Assembly (NCBI GenBank): GCA_963808625.1
Contig: CAWEHK010000044.1
Span: 1 to 64,000 of the forward strand
Length of the DNA stretch: 64,000 nucleotides
Source: an uncultured delta proteobacterium
GTDB taxonomy: Bacteria > Desulfobacterota > Syntrophobacteria > Syntrophobacterales > Syntrophobacteraceae
Reading direction: 5' to 3'
Numbering within the stretch: position 1 is the stretch's first letter; each line of letters starts with the position of its first letter. The translations under genes and the position numbers were made by a program. This document shows positions 42,771 through 53,962 of the stretch, piece after piece. The notes beneath the pieces are model-generated. The model saw only the letters and a list, made by a program, of their open reading frames with translations, was not told the DNA's origin and ran no database searches.

Positions 42771-43829
42771 GTGAAAGCAGCAGTTTGGTACGGCAAGAAG
42801 GATGTGCGCGTGGAAAACGTGCCCGAACCTCCGGCGCCAGGTCCCAAAGAGGTCAAAATAAAGGTGCACTGGTGTGGAATTTGCGGGTCTGACCTGCATG
42901 AGTACGATGCCGGGCCTATCTTCATCCCCGCCAACGCGCCTCATCCTCTGACAGGGGCGCAGGCGCCCCTGATTCTGGGGCATGAGTTTTCGGGGGAAGT
43001 GGTGCAAACGGGCAGCGCCGTTGATAACGTTCAGGTTGGTGACCGAGTCACCGCCGATGCCTGTCAGTACTGCGGGGAATGCTACATGTGCAAGCAGAAC
43101 CGTTACAGTCTCTGCAGCACCCTGGCCTTCACGGGTCTCATGGCCAACGGCGCTTTCGCGGAGTACGTGAATGTTCCTGCCTACACCCTTTTCAAGATTC
43201 CACCCGAGATGCCCTTTGATGCGGCCGCGTTCGTGGAACCGGTCGCCGTCGGCGTGCATGCCATCCGAAGAGGTCATGTCCTGCAGGGCGACACGGTTGC
43301 CATCGTCGGCGCGGGAACCATCGGTCTGGTCACCCTGCAATCAGCTAAGGCAGCGGGGGCGAGGAAAGTCATCGTCCTCGAAATGGCCAAGGCCCGGAAG
43401 GAGTATGCCACCAAGCTCGGTGCTACGGCCGTCATCGACCCCACGGAAACCGATCCCATCGCCGATGTTCGTCGCTTGACCGGCGGGCTTGGTGTCGATG
43501 TGGCATTTGAGTGCGTCGGAGGCAGCAAGACGGGCGCCCTTGCCGTCGACTTGACCCGGATTGGAGGAAGGACCGTGCTGGTTGGGATCTTCGAAAAGCC
43601 CAGCGAGATCCATTTCAACAACCTGGTCTTCTTTGAGAAGGAAATCCTGGGTTCGCTCGCCTACTACGGCGAGTTCGCCACAGCCATCGCCCTCATGGCG
43701 GATGGGAGGATCATTGCTGAACCATTGATCACGGCACGAATCAAGCTGGATGACATTGTGGAAAATGGTTTCAAGGAACTGCTGGCGAACCGGGAAAAAC
43801 ACATCAAGATCCTGGTATCGCCGCAGTAG
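42771..43829 (+). CDS. bdhA: Zn-dependent 2,3-butanediol dehydrogenase
   Basis: CGICGSDLHEY..GPIFIP, GHEFSG and GAGTIG. Confidence 0.88.
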   Translation: MKAAVWYGKKDVRVENVPEPPAPGPKEVKIKVHWCGICGSDLHEYDAGPIFIPANAPHPLTGAQAPLILGHEFSGEVVQTGSAVDNVQVGDRVTADACQYCGECYMCKQNRYSLCSTLAFTGLMANGAFAEYVNVPAYTLFKIPPEMPFDAAAFVEPVAVGVHAIRRGHVLQGDTVAIVGAGTIGLVTLQSAKAAGARKVIVLEMAKARKEYATKLGATAVIDPTETDPIADVRRLTGGLGVDVAFECVGGSKTGALAVDLTRIGGRTVLVGIFEKPSEIHFNNLVFFEKEILGSLAYYGEFATAIALMADGRIIAEPLITARIKLDDIVENGFKELLANREKHIKILVSPQ

Positions 43830-44240
43830 GATGGACCACCTGTGGGGAGCGGCTGTGTCTAGCATCCTTCTCCCCAATGTTAAGAGCAAGGCACTAGACT
43901 ATGATCCGTGATTGAACCCGGTTCGTCATTCCTGCGTGCTTTCCTATGAAAGTCCACGATGTCATACCGGCGAAGGCCGGTATCCAGGCCGGGTTCCTGG
44001 ATTCCGGCTAAAAGCATGCCGGAATGACGAGGGAGTGCTCCGGAAGACTTTCATTGTTCGTTGTGACCTCCCGGTCATGGCGGTTGGCGGGAATCCAGGC
44101 TGCGCGAATTTTCTGGATTCCCGCCAAGGACATGCGGGAATGACGAACGGAATCTTTGGCCGAACGATTATTTCTTGCCATGCACCTTAAAAGCTATGGG
44201 CACTGAGGCCGCATGAGTCCCACAACATCCTGAAATATCT

Positions 44241-46102
44241 ATGATAAATAAGCCAAACATTTCTCATGGTTGTCAGCTTCGATGTCTGACGATCATTGTC
44301 CTCTTAATCGCATCCACTCTGCCCCTGCGGTCTCACGCCGAGGCCGCATGGTTCCTTGATGCCGATCGTTTCCATGCCTCGGTGCATGGGCAGGTCTCGT
44401 GCACCGAGTGTCACGGTGCCGTCTCCAAAGAGGTGCCGCATCCTGATCCTGCCGCAGTTAACAGGGCTTTGAACGATTTTTTCCGGCCTGATCAATGCAC
44501 GGGCTGCCATGGCGAGGTGTTTGCGAAATTGGACTCGGGACTGCATGCCGGCAAACCGATCAAAGACCTTGTTGGATATCGGGTATGTATCAGTTGCCAT
44601 GATCCGCACTATCAACTGAGTGCGACCAATCTTCCGCCTGGCTTTGACCCGTCAAAGCCGGTCAGCGGGCAGTGCGGTGCCTGCCACGCAATGCAAACGG
44701 CACTCCCCCCTCTATCCTTACAAGACGAGGAGTGCATGGCCTGCCATCGCTCCGTTGCCGTGAATGATCATGATCAAGCCACTAAGATTGCAGCCTTTTG
44801 CTTTTCCTGTCATGGGGCCGACAAGAGTAAAGAAGGACGCTGATTCTTCGGCTTTTGCGAGCATCGATGTGCAGGCGTATGGCGCATCCACCCATCACAA
44901 ACTATCGTGTCTCGACTGTCACCCGAAGTCCGCCGAGTTCGGGCATGCCGGGCAGGAGGTGACGGCCTGCCTGCACTGCCACCACCGGCATGATGAGAAG
45001 GTTGCTCATGACGCGCATCTGGATGTCCGTTGCGAAGCTTGCCACCTTGCCGGGATCATTCCGGTGAAACCAGCCGAGGTCACCCAAATTCGCTGGCGGG
45101 TTGACCGTAAGCCGGGTGCCGCGAGTGACCTCCATAACATGACTCTCAAACCCGGTGAAAGCTCATGCGAACGGTGCCACTACCGGGGGAATGCGTTGGG
45201 CGCCTCGGCCATGGTGCTCCCTGCCAAGAGCATTCTGTGCATGCCCTGCCATGCTGCCACGTTTTCTGTTGGCGATACGACAACTATCATTTCGCTGTGC
45301 CTGTTCCTGGCAGGTATGGCAGGGCTCGGCGTTGTCTGGTTCTCCGGAGGTCGTTCAAACGGGGAAACCGCAACCTTTGAGACCGAAACCCACAAAAGCG
45401 TCGACAGCCTGCCACGGGACGGTTTACCTGTCCAGAATGCTCCGTCTGCTCAAGGTCCTGGCCCTCGACGTTTTCCTGCAACGGAGGCTTTTCCGGCAGT
45501 CGCGGACGCGATGGTTCATCCATGGTCTGATCTTCTTCCCGATTATTTTTCGATTCCTGTGGGGGATTACCGCCCTGCTGACGTCGCTATGGGCGCCGGA
45601 ATCGTCCCTTCCCTGGGTTCTGCTCGACCGGAACTATCCGCTCGGGGCATTCCTCTTCGATGCCAGCGGCTTGCTCATCCTCCTTGGAGTCATCTTCACC
45701 ATAGTTAGAAAAGTCACGGGGCAGACTCAAGCCATCAGCGGTCTGCCGAAACAGGATTGGCCGGCGCTCTGTCTCCTCGGCGGCATTGTGGTGATCGGCT
45801 TTGTGCTCGAGGGGATGCGTATTGCCATGACGGGAGTCCCCGCCGGGTCGGAATACGCCTTCCTGGGATTTGCGCTCAGTCGCTTATTTGTGAATGCTGC
45901 GGTGCTGTCGAACGTTTACGGCTATGTCTGGTATCTGCACGCGATCGTGACCGGCGCCCTGGTGGCCTATCTGCCTTTCAGCAATTTGCTCCACATGATC
46001 ATCGCACCGGTTATCATGGCCTTGAACGCCATGTCCGAACCCCGTGGACATCAGGCCAAAAGTTCGATTCACCCTCAACTTACGCAACGCGTCTCACAGT
46101 GA
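44241..46102 (+). CDS. Multiheme cytochrome c (11 CxxCH) joined to a NarI/HdrE-like cytochrome b domain (frameshifted)
   Basis: Signal peptide; 6 + 5 CxxCH in two frames; TM helices with WFIHGLI, WYLHAI and PFSNLLHMI. Confidence 0.75.
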
Positions 46103-46116
46103 ACAAGGAGCACATC

Positions 46117-46539
46117 ATGTCCAAGGTTACCATGAACACCATCATCAATGCTTCGGCAGACGAAGTGTGGAAGCTTCTTCGTGACTTCAACGGACTCCCC
46201 AGATTCATCGCGGCGATAAAAGCGAGCACCATGGAGGGGGCGGGCGTGGGGGCGGTGCGGACGCTCATCGTCGATGGCGGCGGACCTCCCATTGTGGAAA
46301 GACTCGAACGCCTGGACGACAAGGCGCGGACGTTGAGCTATTCCATCGTCACGTCGCCGCTCCCCGTCGAGGGCTACTTTGCGACCGTCGAAGTAAAGGA
46401 TGCGGGAGCCGGGCGGTGCGAGTTGACATGGTCTTCAACTTTTCAGCCGAAAGATGCTCCAGAATCGGTGGCGGTCCAGACCATCGAGGGGGTGTACGCA
46501 GGGGCGTTCGAGGGACTGAAAACACTGTTCAAGGAGTAA
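46117..46539 (+). CDS. SRPBCC/polyketide cyclase-like protein
   Basis: INASADEVW.LLRDF, GVGAVRTL and ERLERLDD..RTLSYSI. Confidence 0.82.
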   Translation: MSKVTMNTIINASADEVWKLLRDFNGLPRFIAAIKASTMEGAGVGAVRTLIVDGGGPPIVERLERLDDKARTLSYSIVTSPLPVEGYFATVEVKDAGAGRCELTWSSTFQPKDAPESVAVQTIEGVYAGAFEGLKTLFKE

Positions 46540-46544
46540 AATCC

Positions 46545-46967
46545 ATGGAGATCCAGGGATATAATATGCCCGATGACCTCTATTACGAGGAACATCATTA
46601 CTGGGTAAAGGTGGAAGGCGACCTTCTGGTCATGGGCATGGATGATTTTGCCCAGCAGCTTGCAGGGCAGATTGTATACGTGCAGCTTCCCTTCGAGGGG
46701 AAAACGCTCCAGGCTGGGAAGAAGTTCGCCAAGGTGGAATCCGGGAAATGGCTCGGGACCGTGTATGCCCCGGTGGATGGTGCCATCGAATCCTCGAACG
46801 AGGCACTCGAGGCCGATCCCACTCTGATCAACCAGGACTGCTACGGGAAGGGGTGGATGTTCAAAATCCGCCCGAAGGACATGACCCAGGTCCAAAGCCT
46901 GATATCCGGGCGGGCGGCCGTGGAATCGTGGCTCCTGGCGGACATCAAGAAGTACAAGCAGGAATAG
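46545..46967 (+). CDS. gcvH: GcvH-like lipoate-binding protein
   Basis: PDDLYY..HHYWV, VESGKW lipoyl-Lys and N.DCYG.GW. Confidence 0.85.
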   Translation: MEIQGYNMPDDLYYEEHHYWVKVEGDLLVMGMDDFAQQLAGQIVYVQLPFEGKTLQAGKKFAKVESGKWLGTVYAPVDGAIESSNEALEADPTLINQDCYGKGWMFKIRPKDMTQVQSLISGRAAVESWLLADIKKYKQE

Positions 46968-46968
46968 C

Positions 46969-48157
46969 GTGAGCCGTCGCGACTACCGTATCAGACAGGT
47001 CCTGGAGATGGATGCCTGCACCCAGTGCCGGCTTTGCGCCGAGGTGTGCCCTGCGGTTTCTGCGTCGAAGGATGGGATGCTTTCGGCGCTATACCGCATG
47101 AAGGGCCTGAAGGAGATTCTTAAGAGCCGCATTGGGCTCTACCGCTGGCTCTTCGGCACGAAGGGTCCTTCCGAGGAACAGCGGAAACATTACAGCAGCA
47201 CCGTTTTCCGGTGCACTCTCTGCGCCGGTTGCCAGGAAGTCTGTCCCGTCGGCATCGGCCTGAAGGACCTGTGGCTTTCCCTTCGCCAGGACCTGGTTCA
47301 TTCCGGAAATTATCCGAAGAAGATCGAGATGATCCGGGACAACTTGAAGGAAAGCCACAACGTCTTTGCCGAAGCCAACGAGGAGCGGGCCGACTGGGTC
47401 GGCGATATGCGCGACGCCCCGGAACACGGCTACGTCAAGGAGCGGGCGGAAGTTGTCTATTTCACGGGTTGCGTGGCGGCCTATTTCCCACTGGCCCAAA
47501 AGATTCCCATGGCGCTGGCGGAAATTCTGGATGCCGCCGGAGTGGATTTCACGCTGCTGGGCGAGGATGAGTGGTGTTGCGGTTTTCCGCTGCTGGGGGC
47601 CGGCCTCAGGGAAATGCTCCAGGAGTTCATGAACCACAACGTCGAGGCCGTGCGTCGGAAGGGCGCCGGCCGAATCGTCTTCGCCTGCCCGTCCTGTTAC
47701 CAGATTTGGCGGGAACATTATCCCCGCGAGTTTGAACTCGCCCATGCATCCGAGCTCCTGGCGCAACTGATCAGGCAACGACAAATTCCGCTCAAGGATC
47801 TGCCGCTGACGGTCACCTATCATGATCCATGCGATTTGGGGCGCGGGGGCAGGGTTTTTGAGGAGCCGCGGGAAGTGATCCGCGCGATCCCCGGCGTGAA
47901 CCTGGTTGAGCTGCCGAAAAACCGGGAGAACTGCCAGTGCTGCGGCGGAGGCGGCAACCTGGAAATGGTCGACGCGGAGCTCTCCGCCGCGATCGCCGGC
48001 CGGAAGATTGAAGAAGTGACTAGGCACTGGCGCCCAGGCGGTCGTCACCACCTGCCAGCAGTGTGTGCGAACCATGACGACCTTTGCCAGGAGGAACAAG
48101 GTGCCCGTCGAGGTCATGGATCTTACTCAGCTCGTCCGGAAGGCACTGAAGCGATAG
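46969..48157 (+). CDS. HdrD/GlpC-like Fe-S protein with two CCG domains (frameshift near end)
   Basis: CTQCRLCAEVCP, CTLCAGCQEVCP, EWCCG, YHDPCDLGR, CCGGGG and TTCQQC. Confidence 0.85.
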
Positions 48158-48180
48158 AGCGAGGCATTGGGAGTTGCAGG

Positions 48181-49744
48181 ATGGAGACCTGGCGGCTTTT
48201 GGATACACCACCCATGACGGCGGCGGAGAATATGGCGCTGGATGACGCCCTCGTGGAGCTCAAGGGGGGCGGCGCCACCCCGAACACCATCCACTTCCTG
48301 CAGTTTTATCCGCGAGCCGTGCTGGTCGGGTTTCATCAATCGGTTAAGAAGAGGTGCGCACCGAATACTGCCGGGCTCATGGGATTCATGTCAACCGGCG
48401 CATCACGGGAGGGGGAGCGATCTTCTTCGATGAGAGCCAGCTCGGCTGGGAAGTCATCTGTGACAAGTCGTTCTTTGACATGGCACTCCCGACCGGAGGG
48501 CTTTTCAGGGCGCTCTGCGATCCCGTCGTCACGCGCGCTGGCGATCCTGGGTGTGGAATCCGCCTTTCGCCCCCGAAACGACATCGAAATCAACGGTCGC
48601 AAGATTTCCGGAACGGGCGGGACCGAGAGCGATGGTGCGTTTCTCTTCCAGGGTACGATGCTCACTGACTTCGACGTGGATACCATGCTGAAGAGCCTGA
48701 GAATACCCATCGAGAAACTCAAAGCAAAGGAAATCGACTCGATCAGGGAACGGGTCACCTGCCTCAAATGGGAGCTGGGGGTTACGCCGCCGCTGGAAGA
48801 CATCAAGCGAGCGATTCGGACGGGGTTTGAGCAACACCTGGGAATCAGGCTCGAACCGGGAGAGCTGACCGCTGCCGAGAGGCAGCTCTTTGAAGAGAAG
48901 CTGGAATATTATCAGTCCTCAGAGTGGATCGACCATGTGAAGCCCGAATTCGAGAAGGGCGAGGTCGTGCAGGCGGCGCACAAGACGGACGCCGGGCTCG
49001 TTCGCTTCACCCTGGTCGTCAATCTCCCTCGCAAGAGGCTGAAGGATGTCTATATCACGGGCGATTTCCTCTCTTTTCCCACGCGGGCGCTGTTCGACCT
49101 GGAAGCGAGGCTGAGGGGAGTTCCGCTCGACTACGGCCACATCCGCCGTCTTGTCGTGCGATTTCTTTGAGGAAGGACGAATTATCGTCCCCGGCATGTC
49201 GTCCGAAGATTTCTGCAAACCCATCGACCAGGCCCTCCAGAAGGTCGCGATCGCGAACTGCGGCATTCCTCTCGAATACTGCAACCTGATTTCCGTAACC
49301 AATGGTTCGTTCGAAGGGGTCATGCGCAAAAAGCCGTCGGTACTGCTTCTACCCTATTGCGCCAAGCTGCCTGCCTGCGACCTGAGATATGGAAAGACCT
49401 GCCGGGCCTGCGGTGAATGTTCGGTCGGGGCCGCGTGGAGCATGGGCTGTGAACGAAGCATGCGAAACGTCTGTATCACCAGTTTCGAGGATCTCATGGC
49501 CGAGCTCGAGAAGTTGAAGGCGTCGGGAACCGAAGCCTTCATCGGCTGCTGCTGCCAACCCTTCTTCATCAAGCACATGGACGATTTTGCGCGAGCCGGG
49601 GTGCCCGGCATCCTCCTCGAGATCGACAACACCACCTGCTATGAACTGGACCAGGCAAAACAGGCCTATGCCGGGAGCTTCACCAGCCAGACGGAAGTGA
49701 ATCTCGATTTGCTTCGCGCCGTGCTGGAGGCAGATCTGGCCTGA
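48181..49744 (+). CDS. lplA: Lipoate:protein ligase with C-terminal Cys-rich (DUF116-like) domain (frameshifted)
   Basis: NMALDDAL, RRITGGGAIF, NDIEINGRKISGTG and LLLPYCAK..C..CGEC. Confidence 0.82.
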
Positions 49745-50073
49745 GGGCATGGGAGTTTCCAATTTCTTACCACGAAGACCACGAAGAGCACGAAGAGCAC
49801 GAAGAGCACGAAGAGGATCACAAAAATTATTCAAACCGGTCAGGGTTGAGATCTTTCACTTTGCTGGCGTCACCGCTTCCTTGCTGGTGTCATGGCTTCT
49901 CTGCAGGGGCGCCTCTCCGGCGCGATTTTATCAAGGTCGCGGCAAAGTACCGCTCCTACAAGAAGCGGAGTCTAACCTTAACGAGTATATGCTCTTCTCT
50001 TCGTGTCCTTCGTGTTCTTCGTGGTGAGATATAGTTATGAGGTCTTCTCGAAGGGCGGTAACTTAAAGAGATA

Positions 50074-51139
50074 ATGCAAACACGGACGTGCGATATTCTT
50101 GTTGTCGGGGCGGGTCCGGCCGGGACATCGGCCGCCCGGGAAGCTGCTGCACGAGGGGCCCGCGTGGTCGTGGTGGAGCGCCGGGCCGTGATCGGCGTGC
50201 CGGTTCGGTGTGCCGAGTACATTCCAGCGCCTCTTCTCGGTGAGGCGGGTGTCGGCCGCCATTTTGTCGTCCAGCCTGTACGAGGAATGAGGACCTTTTT
50301 GAATGGACGCCTTATCCAGGAAACCATTGCCCCGGGCTACACCATCCGAAGGGAACTCTTCGATCAGGCCTTAGCGGGCGCGGCAAGCCTTGCAGGCGCT
50401 GCCATTCTGCTTTCAACCGCAGCCGTATCCAGAGATCATGACGAAGTGCTCGTCAGACAGGGTAGGGGGCAGTTCTCAAGGATCAAAGCAAAGGTGATCA
50501 TTGGCGCTGATGGTCCTCACTCCATAGTGGGGAGATGGATCGGCTCGGTGAACAGGAATCTGATTCCGGCTGTTCAGGTGAGAGCGCCTCTGAGTCGCCC
50601 ATGGACTTCACCGAGGTCTTTTTCGATGACCGGATCTACGGTGGCTACGGATGGCTGTTTCCGAAAGGTGATGAAGCCAACGTCGGCCTGGGCATGAGGC
50701 ATGGTGGCGGGAGTAATCAAAGAATCGGGAGAATGCTCGATGAACTCCTCTCTTTGCTGCGCAAACAGGGAAAAATCAAAGGCAAGCCGCGCGACATCCT
50801 GGCGGGATGGATCCCTGCCGAAGCCCCGCGGATGATAACCCAGGCGAACGTTGTCCTGGTGGGCGATGCCGCCGGACATACGCATCCCATTACCGGCGCC
50901 GGGGTTCTGCAAGCCGTGGTCGGCGGCCGCATGGCAGGGAAATGGGCTGCACGTGCCGTTGAAGCAGAGGACATGAGCTTTTTGCAGGCATACGAATCCG
51001 GCATGGCGGGATTTCTATGGGGAGACACTGCAAAGGGGCTTTGATCGCCGCAAGTTGATGGAAGGGGAGTTGGAACCGGCTTGAGGAGATCATCAGATAT
51101 TGTTGGGTGGCCTTCAGGGAGTACTATTGCCGGACTTGA
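50074..51139 (+). CDS. FAD-dependent geranylgeranyl-reductase-like oxidoreductase (LipT-like; frameshifted)
   Basis: VVGAGPAG, RCAEY, IGADG, GYGWLFPKG and LVGDAAG..HPITGAG. Confidence 0.8.
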
Positions 51140-51358
51140 AGCGGGAAACGGGGCAGGCGAGAATGGCCATGTGATGCCAGTTGAATAGGTGAGACTCTGA
51201 TTTTCCCTCCCGCAGCTTGCCCGAGCCGAGTCTTTATAGCAGGAGTCGTGGCATGATTGGACCCGTCACAAGGATACGGACAGGAAGGTGTGAGAAGGTT
51301 GCATAGAGAAGTCGGAACGATACAAAGACAATTGGTAGCCTACACGGAGGTAACAGCC

Positions 51359-52366
51359 ATGGCACAGGAAAGCCCCGCCAAAGTCAAGTGTAAAGGGATC
51401 AATCAGATTGCCATCGTGGTGGAAAACCTGGAACTGGTGGCGAAAAACTACTGGGAGATTTTGGGTATCGGACCCTGGGCTGTCTTCGATTGGGAGGCGC
51501 CCCTGGTCTATGATCGGAAGTACCATGGAAAGGCGGCTTGGGCGAGAGAGAAGATCGCCCTGGTGCAGGTGGGAGGAGTGCAGCTTGAACTGGTCCAGCC
51601 CGTGGATGGTCCGTCCATATACCGTGACTTTCTTGACGAGCACGGCGAGGGGATCCACCACATGAATTTCCTGGTGGATGATGTGGATGAAGCAGTCGAA
51701 ATATTGGTTAAAGAAGGGTTCCCCAGCCTGCAGAGCGGCAAGTTCGGTCCAAGGGACCAGGGAGGCGCATACAACTACCTTGATATCAAGCCGCTTCGAG
51801 CCATCTGGGAACCCGTTCATATGGGAGAAGAAATCGGCGCAGAGCCGATTATGTTTCCGGATACGAAAGGGGAAAGCCCAGCCAAAGTCAAGTGCAAAGG
51901 AATCAATCAGATCGCCATCGTGGTGAGAAACCTGGAACTGGTGGCGAAAAACTACTGGGACATTCTGGGCATCGGCCCCTGGGCTGTCTTCGATTGGGAG
52001 GCGCCCCTGGTCTATGATCGGAAGTACCATGGAAAGGCCGCCTGGGCGAGAGAGAAGATCGCCCTGGTGCAAGTGGGAGACGTGCAGCTTGAACTGGTCC
52101 AGCCCGTGGATGGTCCATCCATATACCGTGACTGGCTTGACGAGCACGGCGAGGGGATCCACCACATGAACTTCCTGGTGGATGATGTGGATGAAGCTGC
52201 CGAAATTCTGGTGAAAGAAGGATTCCCCAGCCTGCAGAGCGGCAAGTTCGGCCCAAAGGACCAGAGAGGCGCTTACAACTACCTCGATATCAAGCCGCTT
52301 CGAGCCATCTGGGAACCTGTCCATATGGGGGAAGAAATAGGCGCAAAGCCGGTTACGTTCCCATAA
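51359..52366 (+). CDS. VOC/methylmalonyl-CoA epimerase-like protein, internally duplicated
   Basis: QIAIVV..., ELVQP..GPSIY..FL...GEGIHH, present twice. Confidence 0.82.
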   Translation: MAQESPAKVKCKGINQIAIVVENLELVAKNYWEILGIGPWAVFDWEAPLVYDRKYHGKAAWAREKIALVQVGGVQLELVQPVDGPSIYRDFLDEHGEGIHHMNFLVDDVDEAVEILVKEGFPSLQSGKFGPRDQGGAYNYLDIKPLRAIWEPVHMGEEIGAEPIMFPDTKGESPAKVKCKGINQIAIVVRNLELVAKNYWDILGIGPWAVFDWEAPLVYDRKYHGKAAWAREKIALVQVGDVQLELVQPVDGPSIYRDWLDEHGEGIHHMNFLVDDVDEAAEILVKEGFPSLQSGKFGPKDQRGAYNYLDIKPLRAIWEPVHMGEEIGAKPVTFP

Positions 52367-52917
52367 CCGAACATTGAGTACAGTGCTAAGGAACTATCTC
52401 AACATGGTCAAAATGCCGTTGATCGTCATTCCGGCGAAAGCCGGAATCCAGTTTTTCTTAGGGATTATGGACCCCGGCTTGCGCCAGGGTGACAGGGTAA
52501 GCCAGTTTTGAGAAAGTCTCTAAGCGCAGGGCCGCATGAATGAGTGCCCGATATCCAACCGTCATGCTCGCGCATGCGGGCATCTGGGCGTTGCTTCTGG
52601 ATTCCCACCAAGGCATGCGGGAATGACGCTTCAGGATTATGGTCACGTTAATGTACGGACCTGTATGAAGAGCCTGTCGGAAAATTGCCGCTTAAAGCTG
52701 GTTCCCAAGCTCTGGCTTGGGAACCTACCTTGTTGGAAGCTCCAGCTTCGTCGGAATTGTCGATCCTACCTGATACCAAAGACATACGGGAAGCTGGAAG
52801 CTTCTGTGTCCGCGTTCCCAAGCTGGAGCTTGGGAACGAGCGAACGAGCGAGCCACCGGCTATACCGGTGGTTAACTCTGACTTTTGGACAGGTTCTAAG
52901 TAATTCGGGTAGGTACG

Positions 52918-53862
52918 ATGCAGCATCTCAATCGGAAAATTGACCAAGCCCGGGAGCTCAGTTGGCAAACGTTTGGCAAACGAATTACCTTCTTCCTCCC
53001 CGGCATGTTTTCCTGCAACGGCCATTCAGGTAAATATCCCGCCTTTTCAATTACTGGCCCGGACTGCCGACTTCAATGCGAACACTGTAAGGCGAAGATC
53101 CTTGAGTCCATGATTCCTGCGCGTGAACCGGAAGTACTTCTGGAGAAATGCCTTCAGCTTGAAGAGAAGGGCAATTCAGGGGTCTTGATCAGTGGTGGCT
53201 GCGATGAAGAAGGCTGCCTGCCCTGGGGCAAGTTTGTCCCGCCATAAAAGAGGTGAAAAGACGGACAGACCTCAGGATCTCCGTCCACAGCGGTTTTGTC
53301 ACCGAGGCGATGGCTTTTTCCCTTAAGGAAACAGGGGTCGATCAGGTGCTGGTAGATGTTGTCGGAGACGACGAAACGTACCGAAGAGTCTATCACCTGG
53401 AATCCGGCGTCTCCAAGCTTGTTGCCTCCCTCAGGGCGCTCCGGGAAGCGGGACTGACGATCGTTCCCCACATTTGCTGCGGACTCGATTTTGGAAGAAT
53501 CAGGGGAGAAAGAAAGGCCATCGAACTGGTTTCCCGGTTCGAAATAGGGCTTTTGGTGTTCATTTCGCTCATGCCGATTCCGGGTACTCCGATGTGGGGC
53601 AAAGCAATGCCCGAGGCCGATGAGGTGGCTGAACTGATCGTTGCAGCCCGGCTAAAGATGCCCCGTACGCTAATCAGCCTGGGATGTGCTCGGGAAAGGG
53701 GCAACAGGCGTCTGGAAATCCTGGCAATCGATGCGGGAATAAACCGCATGGCGCTGCCATCAGAAGAGGCCTTGAACCGGGCGAAGTACTACGGCCTGGA
53801 GATTAAATATCAGAGAACCTGCTGTTCCGGTGGGCGAAGAAATCCCTGATGCAGGATGGTAG
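52918..53862 (+). CDS. Radical SAM protein, LipS1-like (frameshifted)
   Basis: CRLQCEHC, GCAR and C-terminal CC motifs. Confidence 0.75.
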
Positions 53863-53962
53863 CCGACTAAGTTATTGTTTTCTCTGCGGCCTCTGCGTCT
53901 CTGCGGTGGAAAAGGCGCCTATCCAACCTTAACGAGCATAACTGACCAAAGGAATAGCTCCT

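Noticed and set aside
46969..49170. 733-aa HdrD-lipoate ligase fusion in the ORF track
   Set aside because: Artefact of a frameshift. The HdrD C-terminus (TTCQQC..) ends at TAG 48157 in another frame, and the ligase has its own ATG at 48181.
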